23,845 bases of DNA from Nitrospirota bacterium (GTDB lineage: Bacteria > Nitrospirota > Thermodesulfovibrionia > Thermodesulfovibrionales > Dissulfurispiraceae). The translations under genes and the position numbers were made by a program. Under the pieces are notes generated by a model. The model had not been told where the DNA came from. It was given only the letters and a program-made list of their open reading frames with translations, and did not search any database. Positions 1-8,629 of the stretch are shown here, in pieces (the first letter of the stretch is position 1; each line of letters opens with the position of its first letter). The stretch is from NCBI GenBank assembly GCA_040758355.1, contig JBFLWF010000031.1, positions 1 through 23,845 of the forward strand, written 5' to 3'.

Positions 1-122
1 CAAAATTCGTGTTATACAGAGAAGGGCTTACGGTCTCAGAGACGAGGAGTATCTGCGCCTGAAAATACTTACATGTATGCTCAAGGAGATATAAAATGAC
101 CCACTCGATTACACGAAGAGCC
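1..122 (+). mobile_element. Right end of an ISL3-family insertion sequence (transposase C-terminus at 2..94 plus terminal inverted repeat)
   Basis: Frame 2..94 reads KIRVIQRRAYGLRDEEYLRLKILTCMLKEI*, matching the ISL3 C-terminal 'RRAYG(F/L)R' motif. The element ends in ...CACGAAGAGCC (reverse complement GGCTCTTCG, an ISL3-like IR start). An identical inverted copy lies at 23722..23843. Confidence 0.88.
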
Positions 123-123
123 A

Positions 124-208
124 AAATACTAAATGCGAAATCCTAAATTCTAAACAATATCTGAACCATCCATTTTGTTTAGAGTTTAGATATTAGTGCT
201 TAGAATTT
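124..208. repeat. Inverted heptamer arrays forming an imperfect hairpin (AAATNCT-type units)
   Basis: Left arm: aaatact aaatgcg aaatcct aaattct aaacaa (124-157). Right arm 175-208, reverse complement: aaattct aagcact aatatct aaactct aaacaa. Confidence 0.75.
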
Positions 209-1250
209 CTAAAAACCTCTTCATATCGAACTCTGTTTCAATAAGCTCTTTTGCACGGGCTATCTTGCCCTTTTCCCTTATCCGTGCCTTTCCCACTGTG
301 GCCTCTATCCTATCAATAGCTGTAAAAGTGTCCTCTGCCACCGATATAATTGGGATGCCCTTTGACTGTGCCCTGCCGATAACAACATCGTTTGTATAAA
401 GTCCACCTGTGAGGATTATGCACTTTGTTGAAGTCTCCATTGCAGCAAGTTGTATGTCGGAGCGGTGGGCACCTGTAATTACTGCCTTGTTGGGTATCCT
501 GCTGAAATAACTGAGGGCGCTGTCCACGTCCATAGCGCCTATGGAAAAGTTCTCCACAAAGTCATCGAGTCTGTCCTCACAGCAGAGCACTCTGCCGTTA
601 AGGATTTCAACGAGCTGTCTTATGGCGATGGATTCCAAAAGGCTGTCCTTAGGGAAAACGCCGAATATTGCAATTCCATTCTTCTCCAGAAACGGTCTCA
701 TCTTCTCCCTGACATGGGCCGCTGCATTCTGCGGCACTTTATTAATAACACCGCCTATAAACCTATTGCCAAAAAGTTTGTATGCCCCGATGAGGGTATC
801 CATAGTGCTGTCTCCCCTCCACAACTCCACCATCATGATATAAGCATCCATCTCCTTTATAAGCTCGATGGCATCGATATTTATAGATGCCCCTTCAAAG
901 AGGTCTGCTGCGCCTCCGATAATGACAATATCTTTATTTTTCTGTAATTCAACTGCTTCCATTATCCTATTTTTTACATCCCCTATCTTTCCCTCAAACA
1001 ATAAATTTTGTTCCTCATAGCTGAAGACAAAAGGGGAAACCACATCAAGGCTGTCTGGCAGGGAAAGGGCTTCTTTTATAAAAACAGCATCCGCATCGAA
1101 TATATGCCGACCAATTTTTGCAGGGGCTTTGCCGAGAGGCTTTATATAGCCAACCCTGTATCCCTGCTCGATTAATTTCAGTCCGAGGCCGAGGGCAAGA
1201 AATGTCTTGCCGCTATGGCTTCTGTTTGATGCTATAAATATTGGTATCAT
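186..1250 (-). CDS. Phosphotransacetylase-family protein (BioD-like/AAA_26 N-terminal domain plus DRTGG domain, no PTA catalytic domain)
   Basis: N-terminal SGKT P-loop and GYIKP motif; DRTGG-type region 'IGAM...AVITGAHRSDIQLAA...ILTGG'; 354 aa; start overlaps the stop of the upstream ligase. Confidence 0.85.
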   Translation of the reverse strand: MIPIFIASNRSHSGKTFLALGLGLKLIEQGYRVGYIKPLGKAPAKIGRHIFDADAVFIKEALSLPDSLDVVSPFVFSYEEQNLLFEGKIGDVKNRIMEAVELQKNKDIVIIGGAADLFEGASINIDAIELIKEMDAYIMMVELWRGDSTMDTLIGAYKLFGNRFIGGVINKVPQNAAAHVREKMRPFLEKNGIAIFGVFPKDSLLESIAIRQLVEILNGRVLCCEDRLDDFVENFSIGAMDVDSALSYFSRIPNKAVITGAHRSDIQLAAMETSTKCIILTGGLYTNDVVIGRAQSKGIPIISVAEDTFTAIDRIEATVGKARIREKGKIARAKELIETEFDMKRFLEILSTNI

Positions 1251-3343
1251 GTCTCTCTCCTTTCAAAAATAATCCGTGCATCTATGGCAAATGCGCCGCT
1301 ATTCATAACAACAAGGGGGTTTATGTCAAGCTCCCTTATCATTGGGAAGTCCATAACAAGGGACGATATATTTAAAATCCCATTAACTATTGCCTCTATG
1401 TCCACAGGCCTCTCTCCACGCGCACCCTTCAGGAGTGCAGCGGTTTTTATTTCATCTATCATGGATACCGCCTCCTTTCTGGACACCGGCGCTATCCTGA
1501 ACGATACATCCTTTAAGACCTCCACATATATCCCGCCCAATCCGAACATGATCATATGTCCGAATGTCCTGTCATAAGTTACTCCTAAAATCACCTCTTT
1601 GCCGCCCTTTATCATCTCGTAGATCATTACGCCGTTTATCAATGCATTCGGCATGAACCTTTTTGCATTGGAGGTTATCTCTACAAATGCGTCCTCTGCC
1701 GCAATCTCGGAGTTTATGTTGAGCTTCACGCCTCCAACATCTGTCTTGTGAAGGATGTCAGGAGACGAGACCTTCATTACCACTGGAAATCCTATCTTCT
1801 CTGAAACAGCTGCAGCCTCTTTTGCCGAACGTGCCAGAGCCCTCAGGGGAAATACGAATCCATAATTGGAAAGTATTGCCATTGCAATGTCTTCTCCTGC
1901 CTCGTACCTTCTGGCCTTCAGCAAACTGTCGATTATCCCCTTCGCTGCATCTTTATTGTACACATGCCTCTGTATTTCTTCTTCGATGCCTTGCCTCCAC
2001 ATATTGTAGTCATAGAGTTTCTTGAAGGCCTTGACCGCTGTCTCAGGATAAGAGAAGTTCGGGATTGCGCTTGCCTTAAGCATTTCGATGGATTCCCTTA
2101 CCCTCATTTCACCCATGAAAGATGCTATAACTGGTTTATCCGCTGTTTTTGATTTGTTGATGATTATCTCCGCTGTATTCTCCACGTCTGTCATTGCCTG
2201 TGGAGTGAGTATCACAATAATACCATCGACATTGGGATCGGTAATTGCCCTGTTCAGCACAACCTCATAACGCTCTGATGTGGCATCGCCGATTATGTCC
2301 ACAGGATTATAGAGGGATGCGTTCTTTGGCAAAAGCCTTGCTATGGCCTCTATGGCATCCTTAGACATCTGGGGCAGTTTCAGCCCAAGCTTTTCTGATG
2401 CATCTGCTGCAATTATTCCCGGGCCTCCAGCATTTGTGACAATTAACAACCTGTCCCCTGCAGGCAGTTTGCCCTCTGAAAAGGCAAGGGCTGTATCAAA
2501 GAGGTCTTGAATCCCATTTGCCCTGATAACGCCAGTCTGTTTAAATGCTGCACCAAAGGCGGTCTCAGAGCCTGCAAGGGCGCCTGTGTGGGATGATGCT
2601 GCCCTTGCACCTGCCTCAGTTCCTCCCGACTTTAAGAGGATAATAGGTTTTACCTTTGTTGCCTTTTTGGCAACATTTAAGAACCTCCTGCCGTCAACCA
2701 CGTCCTCTATGTATCCGAGGATGACATCGGTCTCGGGATCATTAATAAAAAATTCTATAAAATCTATTTCATTGAGATCTGTCTTATTGCCGAGGCTTAT
2801 GAACTTTGAAAACCCCATCCTGTTTCCGATTGCCCAATCCAGTATGGCAATGCCGAGGGCCCCTGATTGCGAAAAGAATGCATTTCTTCCCCTCGGCAGC
2901 ATGCCTGCTGCAAAGGTGGCATTCATGCTGTTGGCTGTGTTGATTATCCCGAGGCAGTTTGGGCCCAAGATGCGGATATTGTTGTCCTTGCTTATTATCC
3001 TGATTTCTTGTTCCAGCCTGATACCCTCCGGACCCGCCTCTTTGAAGCCTGCGCTCACAATTATCGCTGCCCTGACCCCTGCAGCAGCACAATCACCAAG
3101 GGTCTCGGGGACAAATCTGGCAGGGACTGCTATAACCGCAAGGTCGATGTTTTCGCCAACTTCCGAGGCCTTCTGATAAGCCTTAAGCCCCAAGATATCC
3201 GTGGCAGATGGGTTTATAGGGTACAGCCTGCCTTTATAACTGAATCTAACAAGATTATTTAAGACAACACCGCCGACCTTCTGTAAGTCTCTCGATGCAC
3301 CAATGACAGCAATGGAATCAGGATTAAACAGGGATTCAAGCAT
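1247..3343 (-). CDS. Acetate/acyl-CoA ligase (ADP-forming), fused alpha-beta subunits
   Basis: CoA-binding domain (IAVIGAS, GPNCLG), SQSGA, phospho-His motif ASSHTGALAG, TNAGGPG, NPVD, and an ATP-grasp domain (HKTDVGGV, ELDINP). Confidence 0.92.
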   Translation of the reverse strand: MLESLFNPDSIAVIGASRDLQKVGGVVLNNLVRFSYKGRLYPINPSATDILGLKAYQKASEVGENIDLAVIAVPARFVPETLGDCAAAGVRAAIIVSAGFKEAGPEGIRLEQEIRIISKDNNIRILGPNCLGIINTANSMNATFAAGMLPRGRNAFFSQSGALGIAILDWAIGNRMGFSKFISLGNKTDLNEIDFIEFFINDPETDVILGYIEDVVDGRRFLNVAKKATKVKPIILLKSGGTEAGARAASSHTGALAGSETAFGAAFKQTGVIRANGIQDLFDTALAFSEGKLPAGDRLLIVTNAGGPGIIAADASEKLGLKLPQMSKDAIEAIARLLPKNASLYNPVDIIGDATSERYEVVLNRAITDPNVDGIIVILTPQAMTDVENTAEIIINKSKTADKPVIASFMGEMRVRESIEMLKASAIPNFSYPETAVKAFKKLYDYNMWRQGIEEEIQRHVYNKDAAKGIIDSLLKARRYEAGEDIAMAILSNYGFVFPLRALARSAKEAAAVSEKIGFPVVMKVSSPDILHKTDVGGVKLNINSEIAAEDAFVEITSNAKRFMPNALINGVMIYEMIKGGKEVILGVTYDRTFGHMIMFGLGGIYVEVLKDVSFRIAPVSRKEAVSMIDEIKTAALLKGARGERPVDIEAIVNGILNISSLVMDFPMIRELDINPLVVMNSGAFAIDARIIFERRET

Positions 3344-3349
3344 AAAATA

Positions 3350-3378
3350 AGTCTATCCGTTAATAATCGTGCGGTCAA
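3350..3378 (-). promoter_or_regulatory. Sigma70-type promoter TTGACC-N17-TAGACT, 6 nt upstream of the ligase ATG
   Basis: Minus strand: -35 at 3373-3378, -10 at 3350-3355, ATG at 3343. No Shine-Dalgarno sequence in between. Confidence 0.65.
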
Positions 3379-3387
3379 GTGCCGTGC

Positions 3388-3416
3388 TTGACACCATACC
3401 TACAAAATGGTAGGCT
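3388..3416 (+). promoter_or_regulatory. Sigma70-type promoter TTGACA-N17-TAGGCT (extended TG) for the HD-GYP gene
   Basis: -35 at 3388-3393, -10 at 3411-3416, ATG at 3426. The inverted repeat CCTAC-N6-GTAGG overlaps the spacer and -10. Confidence 0.65.
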
Positions 3417-3425
3417 TGGTAAAAA

Positions 3426-4397
3426 ATGTGGACTAAGGCCAAAATAAGGGAATATTTCAGGATCGACAAGGAATTGATCATTATCTTCCTCCTTGTTGCC
3501 ATAACCGGAATTACATTCTTTTTCGTGTCCAGCCAGAGGGCATTTTTGAACTTCTTCTACATCCCGGTACTCATCGGCGCCTATTTTTTCGGGAAGCGTT
3601 ATGCTACACATTCGGCAGTATTGTCAATAATCATGATCTCTGTGATTGCCTATGTTTATCCGGAGAGCTTCGCATTTTCTTCTGACGAGGAACTCTATAA
3701 ATGGCTGGATATTGTTACATGGGGAGGATTCCTCTTTATTACCGGTTATTTCATGGGACTCCTCTTTGAGAAAAAAGAACGGGCTAAAAAGGAGATAAAA
3801 AATACATACAGGGGAATCATCGAGATGCTTTCTCTTGTAATCGATTCTGTGGACAAACAGACCCAGAGCCATTCTTACAGGGTTTCTGTAATTGCCGAAA
3901 TGATATCGAGAGAGATGAGATTGCCAGAGGCTGAGGTAGAAAATATAAGGATTGCTGCCCTGCTTCATGACCTTGGGAAAATAGGCGTGAGTGCAGAAAT
4001 CCTTCACAAAATCGGAAAGCTGTCCGAGGAAGAAAGGGAGAGTATGAAGAGCCATCCCACGCTGGGCGCGGGTGTGCTCGAGCCTGTTGGCGGAAGGGTC
4101 CTGCTACTCCTGCCTTTAATCCTGCATCACCACGAAAAGTACGATGGCAAGGGGTATCACGGCCTTATCGGAGAGGGTATCCCCATCGGCGCAAGGATCA
4201 TAGCGGTTGCCGATGTCTATGATGCACTGACTACAGACCGTCCATACCGTACAGGGCTTTCGCCCCTGCAGGCAAGAAAAGAGATTGTGTCAAATGCCGG
4301 AACGCATTTTGACCCGGAGGTTGTAAGTGTGTTTGATTCCATATTCCATAAGCTGGATTCAGAACTGCCGTTTCTTCCGACAAAGTTAGAGCTTTAG
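3426..4397 (+). CDS. Membrane-anchored HD-GYP domain cyclic-dinucleotide phosphodiesterase
   Basis: About 4 N-terminal hydrophobic segments; [45 protein letters not shown] and FDP motifs. Confidence 0.9.
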   Translation: MWTKAKIREYFRIDKELIIIFLLVAITGITFFFVSSQRAFLNFFYIPVLIGAYFFGKRYATHSAVLSIIMISVIAYVYPESFAFSSDEELYKWLDIVTWGGFLFITGYFMGLLFEKKERAKKEIKNTYRGIIEMLSLVIDSVDKQTQSHSYRVSVIAEMISREMRLPEAEVENIRIAALLHDLGKIGVSAEILHKIGKLSEEERESMKSHPTLGAGVLEPVGGRVLLLLPLILHHHEKYDGKGYHGLIGEGIPIGARIIAVADVYDALTTDRPYRTGLSPLQARKEIVSNAGTHFDPEVVSVFDSIFHKLDSELPFLPTKLEL

Positions 4398-5159
4398 CAA
4401 AAGAGGGTCTTTGATTCCTGCCTCTTTGAATCCCTTTGCCCTGAAGAGACAGCTATCGCATCTTTCGCATGGCCTTCCATCCGGCAGTGGGTCATAACAG
4501 CTCCATGTGAAGGAATAGTCGAATCCCATTTCTGCACCTTTTCTTATTATCTCTCCCTTTGTCATATAAAGGAGTGGCGCCTTTATTTTAAATTTGATTT
4601 TGCCTTCCACAGAAACTCTTGTTGCAAGGTTCGCCATCTCCTCAAATGCCTTTAGGTATTCAGGCCGACAGTCTGGATAACCGCTGTAATCCACTGCATT
4701 TGCACCGATGAAAATATCCGGTGCCTCAAGCACCTCTGCCCATCCGAGGGCAAAGGAAAGGAAAATCGTGTTGCGGGCAGGGACATAAGTAACGGGGATA
4801 TGTCCTATAGGACTTATGGTACCTATTTGTTGGAGAGGGGACTGTCCCAGATTTACGGACGGAGCAGAGCGGAGTCGTAGAATCGGGACTGTCCCCGTAT
4901 TGTCTGCGCTCTTTTTTGGTACTTCAATATCAGCCGTTAACGCCGAGCCTCCGATCTCTCTAAGGTCAAATTTTATTATCCAATGTTTCTTAGCACCGAG
5001 ACTTTCAGCTACTTTCTTTGCAGACTCAAGCTCAAGCCTGTGCCTCTGACCATAATCAAAGCTCAATGCATAAATATCGTATCCTTCTGCTTTCGCAATG
5101 GCTGCAGTTGTTGAGGAATCAATCCCGCCGCTTAAAAGGACAACCGCTTTCTTATTCAT
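4386..5159 (-). CDS. queC: 7-cyano-7-deazaguanine synthase, with an internal in-frame insertion
   Basis: [28 protein letters not shown], and the Zn motif SCY...CERCDSC. Confidence 0.96.
   Translation of the reverse strand: MNKKAVVLLSGGIDSSTTAAIAKAEGYDIYALSFDYGQRHRLELESAKKVAESLGAKKHWIIKFDLREIGGSALTADIEVPKKSADNTGTVPILRLRSAPSVNLGQSPLQQIGTISPIGHIPVTYVPARNTIFLSFALGWAEVLEAPDIFIGANAVDYSGYPDCRPEYLKAFEEMANLATRVSVEGKIKFKIKAPLLYMTKGEIIRKGAEMGFDYSFTWSCYDPLPDGRPCERCDSCLFRAKGFKEAGIKDPLLLKL
4800..4826 (-). repeat. Three degenerate nonamers (ATAGGTACC ATAAGTCCT ATAGGACAT) inside queC
   Basis: Encodes IGT-ISP-IGH and contains the perfect 12-bp palindrome GTCCTATAGGAC at 4802-4813. Confidence 0.6.
4837..4896. 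repeat. 60-bp REP-like palindromic element inside queC
   Basis: GGGGACTGTCCC at 4837-4848 and GGGACTGTCCCC at 4885-4896. The arms ggggactgtcccagatttacg and cgtagaatcgggactgtcccc form an imperfect long hairpin. Confidence 0.8.
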
Positions 5160-5170
5160 AATTTTGCTTC

Positions 5171-5205
5171 CACTATAGCCTTTAGCCTATTGCCTATTGC
5201 CTATC
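5171..5205. repeat. Heptamer tandem array (GCCTATT-type, 5 degenerate units)
   Basis: cactata gccttta gcctatt gcctatt gcctatc; spans the plsY stop codon. Confidence 0.75.
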
Positions 5206-5783
5206 TTTTCCCCTATCTTACTCTCTGTCCCCTGCATAAGCCTCTTAATGTTGGCTGCATGTCTTATATATATTAAGACAGTAATTGCAACTGCGATTAT
5301 CATCTTTTCCTTTGAATAATCCAGCATGTAAATACTCAGCGGCAGCAGGCCGAATGCAATTAGTGCGCTTAAAGAAGAGTATCTTGTCCATCTTGCTGTC
5401 AAGAGCCAGAGGGTAATGGTAAGAAGTGCGACATGGGGCGAGAAAGCAAGCAAAACTCCTATGCTTGTAGCAACGCCCTTGCCTCCCTTAAATTTCAGGA
5501 ATAATGAAAAATTGTGGCCTAATATGGCAGAAATGCCGAGAATGCCTACATCAAAAATACCCAATCCAAAAAACTTTCCGATTGCAACCGGAAGCGCTCC
5601 TTTTGCAATATCTCCTAACAGAGTAAATAAAGCCGCTTCCTTACCCACTGCCCTGAGGACATTTGTCGCGCCTATGTTTCCGCTGCCAACCTTTCTTAGA
5701 TCGATTCCCTTGGTCTTTGCAATCAATAGACCTGTAGGGATAGAGCCTATGAGAAACGATAGGATTATTAATGCAGGCATCAT
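5187..5783 (-). CDS. plsY: Glycerol-3-phosphate acyltransferase
   Basis: GSIPTG, GSGNIGATNVLR, DIAKG, GHNFS...FKGGKGVAT and RHAANIKRL..GTE motifs. Confidence 0.96.
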   Translation of the reverse strand: MMPALIILSFLIGSIPTGLLIAKTKGIDLRKVGSGNIGATNVLRAVGKEAALFTLLGDIAKGALPVAIGKFFGLGIFDVGILGISAILGHNFSLFLKFKGGKGVATSIGVLLAFSPHVALLTITLWLLTARWTRYSSLSALIAFGLLPLSIYMLDYSKEKMIIAVAITVLIYIRHAANIKRLMQGTESKIGEKIGNRQ

Positions 5784-6316
5784 TGGGTCTGCCTCCAGAA
5801 AGAAATTGTGTATTTAACTCCTGATGCCAGAGCAAGGATAAGGGCAATATACATGAGAACAAGGCCGACATCGTAAAAATCCAGATCCCCTATGCCTCCC
5901 GGCAGGAGGAGGAGTATTATGGCTGTCATCTGGGATGCTGTCTTCAACTTGCCTCCTGTCTCTGCAGGAATGACAATATTCTTCGAAAGGGCAACGACCC
6001 TCAATGCTGTTACAACAAACTCCCTCACTATAATTACTATTGCTACCCATGCAGAAAGCCTTACCATATCAACGAGCAGTATAAGCGCAGAGATTACGAG
6101 AAATTTGTCTGCAATAGGGTCAAGGATTATCCCGAATTTCGTTATCTGTCCTGATTTCCTTGCTAAGTACCCGTCAAGAAAATCCGTTGCAGATGCAATG
6201 ATAAAAATTGTTATGCCCAACAGCGGGCTTTTCGGTGTTATTAAGACAAAAAAGGGAATTAATATTATCCTGCTGAATGTAAGGATTGTTGGGAGATTAA
6301 ACCGTATAGTACTCAT
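5780..6316 (-). CDS. pgsA: CDP-diacylglycerol--glycerol-3-phosphate 3-phosphatidyltransferase
   Basis: CDP-alcohol phosphotransferase motif TDFLDGYLAR...FGIILDPIADK, plus IVREF and GKLKT; ATG at 6316. Confidence 0.93.
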   Translation of the reverse strand: MSTIRFNLPTILTFSRIILIPFFVLITPKSPLLGITIFIIASATDFLDGYLARKSGQITKFGIILDPIADKFLVISALILLVDMVRLSAWVAIVIIVREFVVTALRVVALSKNIVIPAETGGKLKTASQMTAIILLLLPGGIGDLDFYDVGLVLMYIALILALASGVKYTISFWRQTQ

Positions 6317-6839
6317 CAACCAGCTCTTTCCACTTTCCGTTTGACTTCAGTATGAGGTCGCATATTTCCCTGACAGCACCTCTTCCCCCGCGATTCTCTG
6401 TAACGATCATTGCCTCTGCCTTTGTCTCTTCTGTGGCGTCTGCAACAGCAACAGAGAGTGCAACCCTTTTAAAGATTGGAATATCCACAATATCATCCCC
6501 GATATATGCCACTTCTTTGTCACTGATCCCCATCTTCTCTATAAGATGTTCATAGGCGACAGACTTTATGTGGCACCTCTGATAAACCTCTGTTATGCCG
6601 AGCTCATGCGCCCTTCTCTCAACGACCTTTGAGTGCCTCCCTGTGATTATAGCAACCTTAATCCCTGCTTTTTCGAGCATCTTTATTCCATGCCCGTCCC
6701 TCACATGGAATGCCTTAAACTCATTTCCTTCGTTGTCAAGAATAATGCTTCCATCCGTTAAAACTCCATCCACATCGAGGATGAGGAGTTTGATGCTTTT
6801 GGCGATTGCCTCTATCTGCTTTTTCGTTTTTTTCATCAT
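6297..6839 (-). CDS. kdsC: 3-deoxy-D-manno-octulosonate 8-phosphate phosphatase (HAD family)
   Basis: LDVDGVLTDG, RDGHGI, IITGR, YIGDD and GGRGAVRE motifs. The start ATG at 6839 overlaps the toxin stop (ATGA). Confidence 0.92.
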   Translation of the reverse strand: MMKKTKKQIEAIAKSIKLLILDVDGVLTDGSIILDNEGNEFKAFHVRDGHGIKMLEKAGIKVAIITGRHSKVVERRAHELGITEVYQRCHIKSVAYEHLIEKMGISDKEVAYIGDDIVDIPIFKRVALSVAVADATEETKAEAMIVTENRGGRGAVREICDLILKSNGKWKELVDEYYTV

Positions 6840-7330
6840 TCTCCAACCGCCTTTAAAGCTTCTTGATAAAGGGAGTCTTTTATCCAAAAACCCGCTTTAT
6901 TTCTTAATTTATCCAGAAGTGGTTTTAGCAAGGGTACTTTATTTTCCAGTTTTGCCCTCATTAGAATTCCTATGACTCCAGTCTTCTCTATTCCATAAAA
7001 ATCCGCAATCTCTCTTGCATCATCCTCGTCAAGAAGGACAAGGGCGTTCTTTTTCTGAAGGGCATATGCAATAGTTTCCGCCTCTCCGTTATCAAGGTCT
7101 TTCTTCAAAAGCCGCACGAGTGGCGTTTCTTCAACCTTTACAACTTTTATCCATTTAGCTTTCTTTATCTCGGAAACGCCTGCTTTACCTTCCCCGTCCA
7201 GAACTGTTTCTTTCCAGACGGCCTGAGTAATATGGATTTCAGAAAAAAAATCTTTTAAGAGGCCTAACTGACCTATGATAGCCAAATTCATTATAGGAGA
7301 GGCGTTACTGACTACAAGTTTCTCTGGCAA
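6836..7330 (-). CDS. DUF3368-type PIN-domain protein (putative TA toxin)
   Basis: VSNASPIMNLA, AVWKE, LDNGEAETI, LLDEDDAR, GVIGILMRAK and GFWI motifs typical of COG2405/DUF3368. Confidence 0.85.
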   Translation of the reverse strand: MPEKLVVSNASPIMNLAIIGQLGLLKDFFSEIHITQAVWKETVLDGEGKAGVSEIKKAKWIKVVKVEETPLVRLLKKDLDNGEAETIAYALQKKNALVLLDEDDAREIADFYGIEKTGVIGILMRAKLENKVPLLKPLLDKLRNKAGFWIKDSLYQEALKAVGE

Positions 7331-7580
7331 ATTTCATGTCCTCCTTAAGCTCCTTCTCGGTATAGTGTCTTGGAATCTTGCGTTTCCCGAGTTCTTCCTG
7401 AAATTCCCATTTGCTCATTCTTGCCAGCTCTCTTGCTTTTCCAAGGGAAAGGATATGCCTCTCATATAGGATAATAGAAAGTTCTTTAAGAAGTTCTTCC
7501 TGTATCTTGTCCTTAGGGATTTTAAGTGAAAGAATAATATCTTCAGGTATTTTTAAAGTTACTCCTTGTCTTGCAGGCAT
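7305..7580 (-). CDS. UPF0175 family protein (putative antitoxin)
   Basis: LYERHILSLGKARELARMSKWEFQEELGKRKIPRHY..EELKED signature; AAGGAGG RBS before the ATG at 7580; overlaps the PIN gene. Confidence 0.85.
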   Translation of the reverse strand: MPARQGVTLKIPEDIILSLKIPKDKIQEELLKELSIILYERHILSLGKARELARMSKWEFQEELGKRKIPRHYTEKELKEDMKFARETCSQ

Positions 7581-7660
7581 TGCGCACCTCCTTCTTTCTA
7601 ATATCGGTAAATTTTTTCGGATACCCAATTAACGCAATTTTATCATAAACAAAATCTTCA

Positions 7661-8629
7661 TTACACTATCCCCTGCTTCAGTATATCGTGCAGATGTATT
7701 ATTCCCACTGCCTTTCCATTATCATCAGGAACTACAATGGATGTGATTGAGTGCTTCTCCATTATAGATAAAGCCTTTAATGCGAGCTCATCCTCTGATA
7801 TGGTCTTTGGATTTTTTGTCATTACCTCTCCTGCATTCATATCAAAAAACGCCTTGCCCCACTTCTCTATGCCCCTTCTTAAGTCTCCATCCGTAATAAT
7901 TCCGAGAATTCTTTTATCGCTGCCTGCAACTATCGTAACTCCCAATCTCTTTGATGATATTTCCACTGTAGCCTTTATCATCGGCATATCCGGAGATACA
8001 AAGGGCAGTGCATCGCCTGTATGCATAAGGTCTTTGACCTTAATGAATAGTTTCTTGCCGAGGCTTCCTCCTGGATGGAAAAAAGCAAAGTCTTCCTCTT
8101 TAAATCCCCTCTTTATCAGAAGAGCAACTGCCAATGCATCGCCCATTGCGAGTGTTGCAGTCGTTGATGCTGTCGGAACGACCCCCATAGGACATGCCTC
8201 CTCTTTCACGGAAATATCGAGGGTAACTTCTGCAGCCTTTGAAAGGGTTGAATCAGGATTCCCTGTCATGGAAATCAGGCTTACATTGAATCTCTTTAAG
8301 AAAGGAATCAGGCCCACAAGTTCTTCTGTTTCTCCGCTGTTGGAGATTGCAACTATTACATCATTAGCAGTGACCATACCAAGGTCTCCGTGGCTCGCTT
8401 CTGCTGGATGGAGAAAAAATGCAGGAGTGCCTGTTGAAGCAAGGGTTGCGGCAATCTTTTTGCCCACAAGCCCTGACTTGCCCATGCCTGTGACAACAAC
8501 CCTGCCCCTGCTGCTGAAGATTATCTCAACTGCCTTTTCAAAATCGCTGTTGAGCTTTTCTATCAGGGCAGATACAGCATCAGCCTCAATTTTTAGAACC
8601 TTTTTAGCTATATCAAGAATATCATCCAT
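7661..8629 (-). CDS. kdsD: Arabinose-5-phosphate isomerase (KpsF/GutQ family, SIS plus CBS pair)
   Basis: GMGKSG, HPAEASHGDLG, SNSGET, PTASTT, FHPGG, TDGDLRR and HLHD motifs. Likely start is the ATG at 8629 with a GGAG RBS (the ORF extends to 8665). Confidence 0.95.
   Translation of the reverse strand: MDDILDIAKKVLKIEADAVSALIEKLNSDFEKAVEIIFSSRGRVVVTGMGKSGLVGKKIAATLASTGTPAFFLHPAEASHGDLGMVTANDVIVAISNSGETEELVGLIPFLKRFNVSLISMTGNPDSTLSKAAEVTLDISVKEEACPMGVVPTASTTATLAMGDALAVALLIKRGFKEEDFAFFHPGGSLGKKLFIKVKDLMHTGDALPFVSPDMPMIKATVEISSKRLGVTIVAGSDKRILGIITDGDLRRGIEKWGKAFFDMNAGEVMTKNPKTISEDELALKALSIMEKHSITSIVVPDDNGKAVGIIHLHDILKQGIV

Noticed and set aside
4797..4915. queC insertion as an intein or intron
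   Set aside because: Far too short, with no Cys/Ser...His-Asn splice motifs or group I/II intron features.
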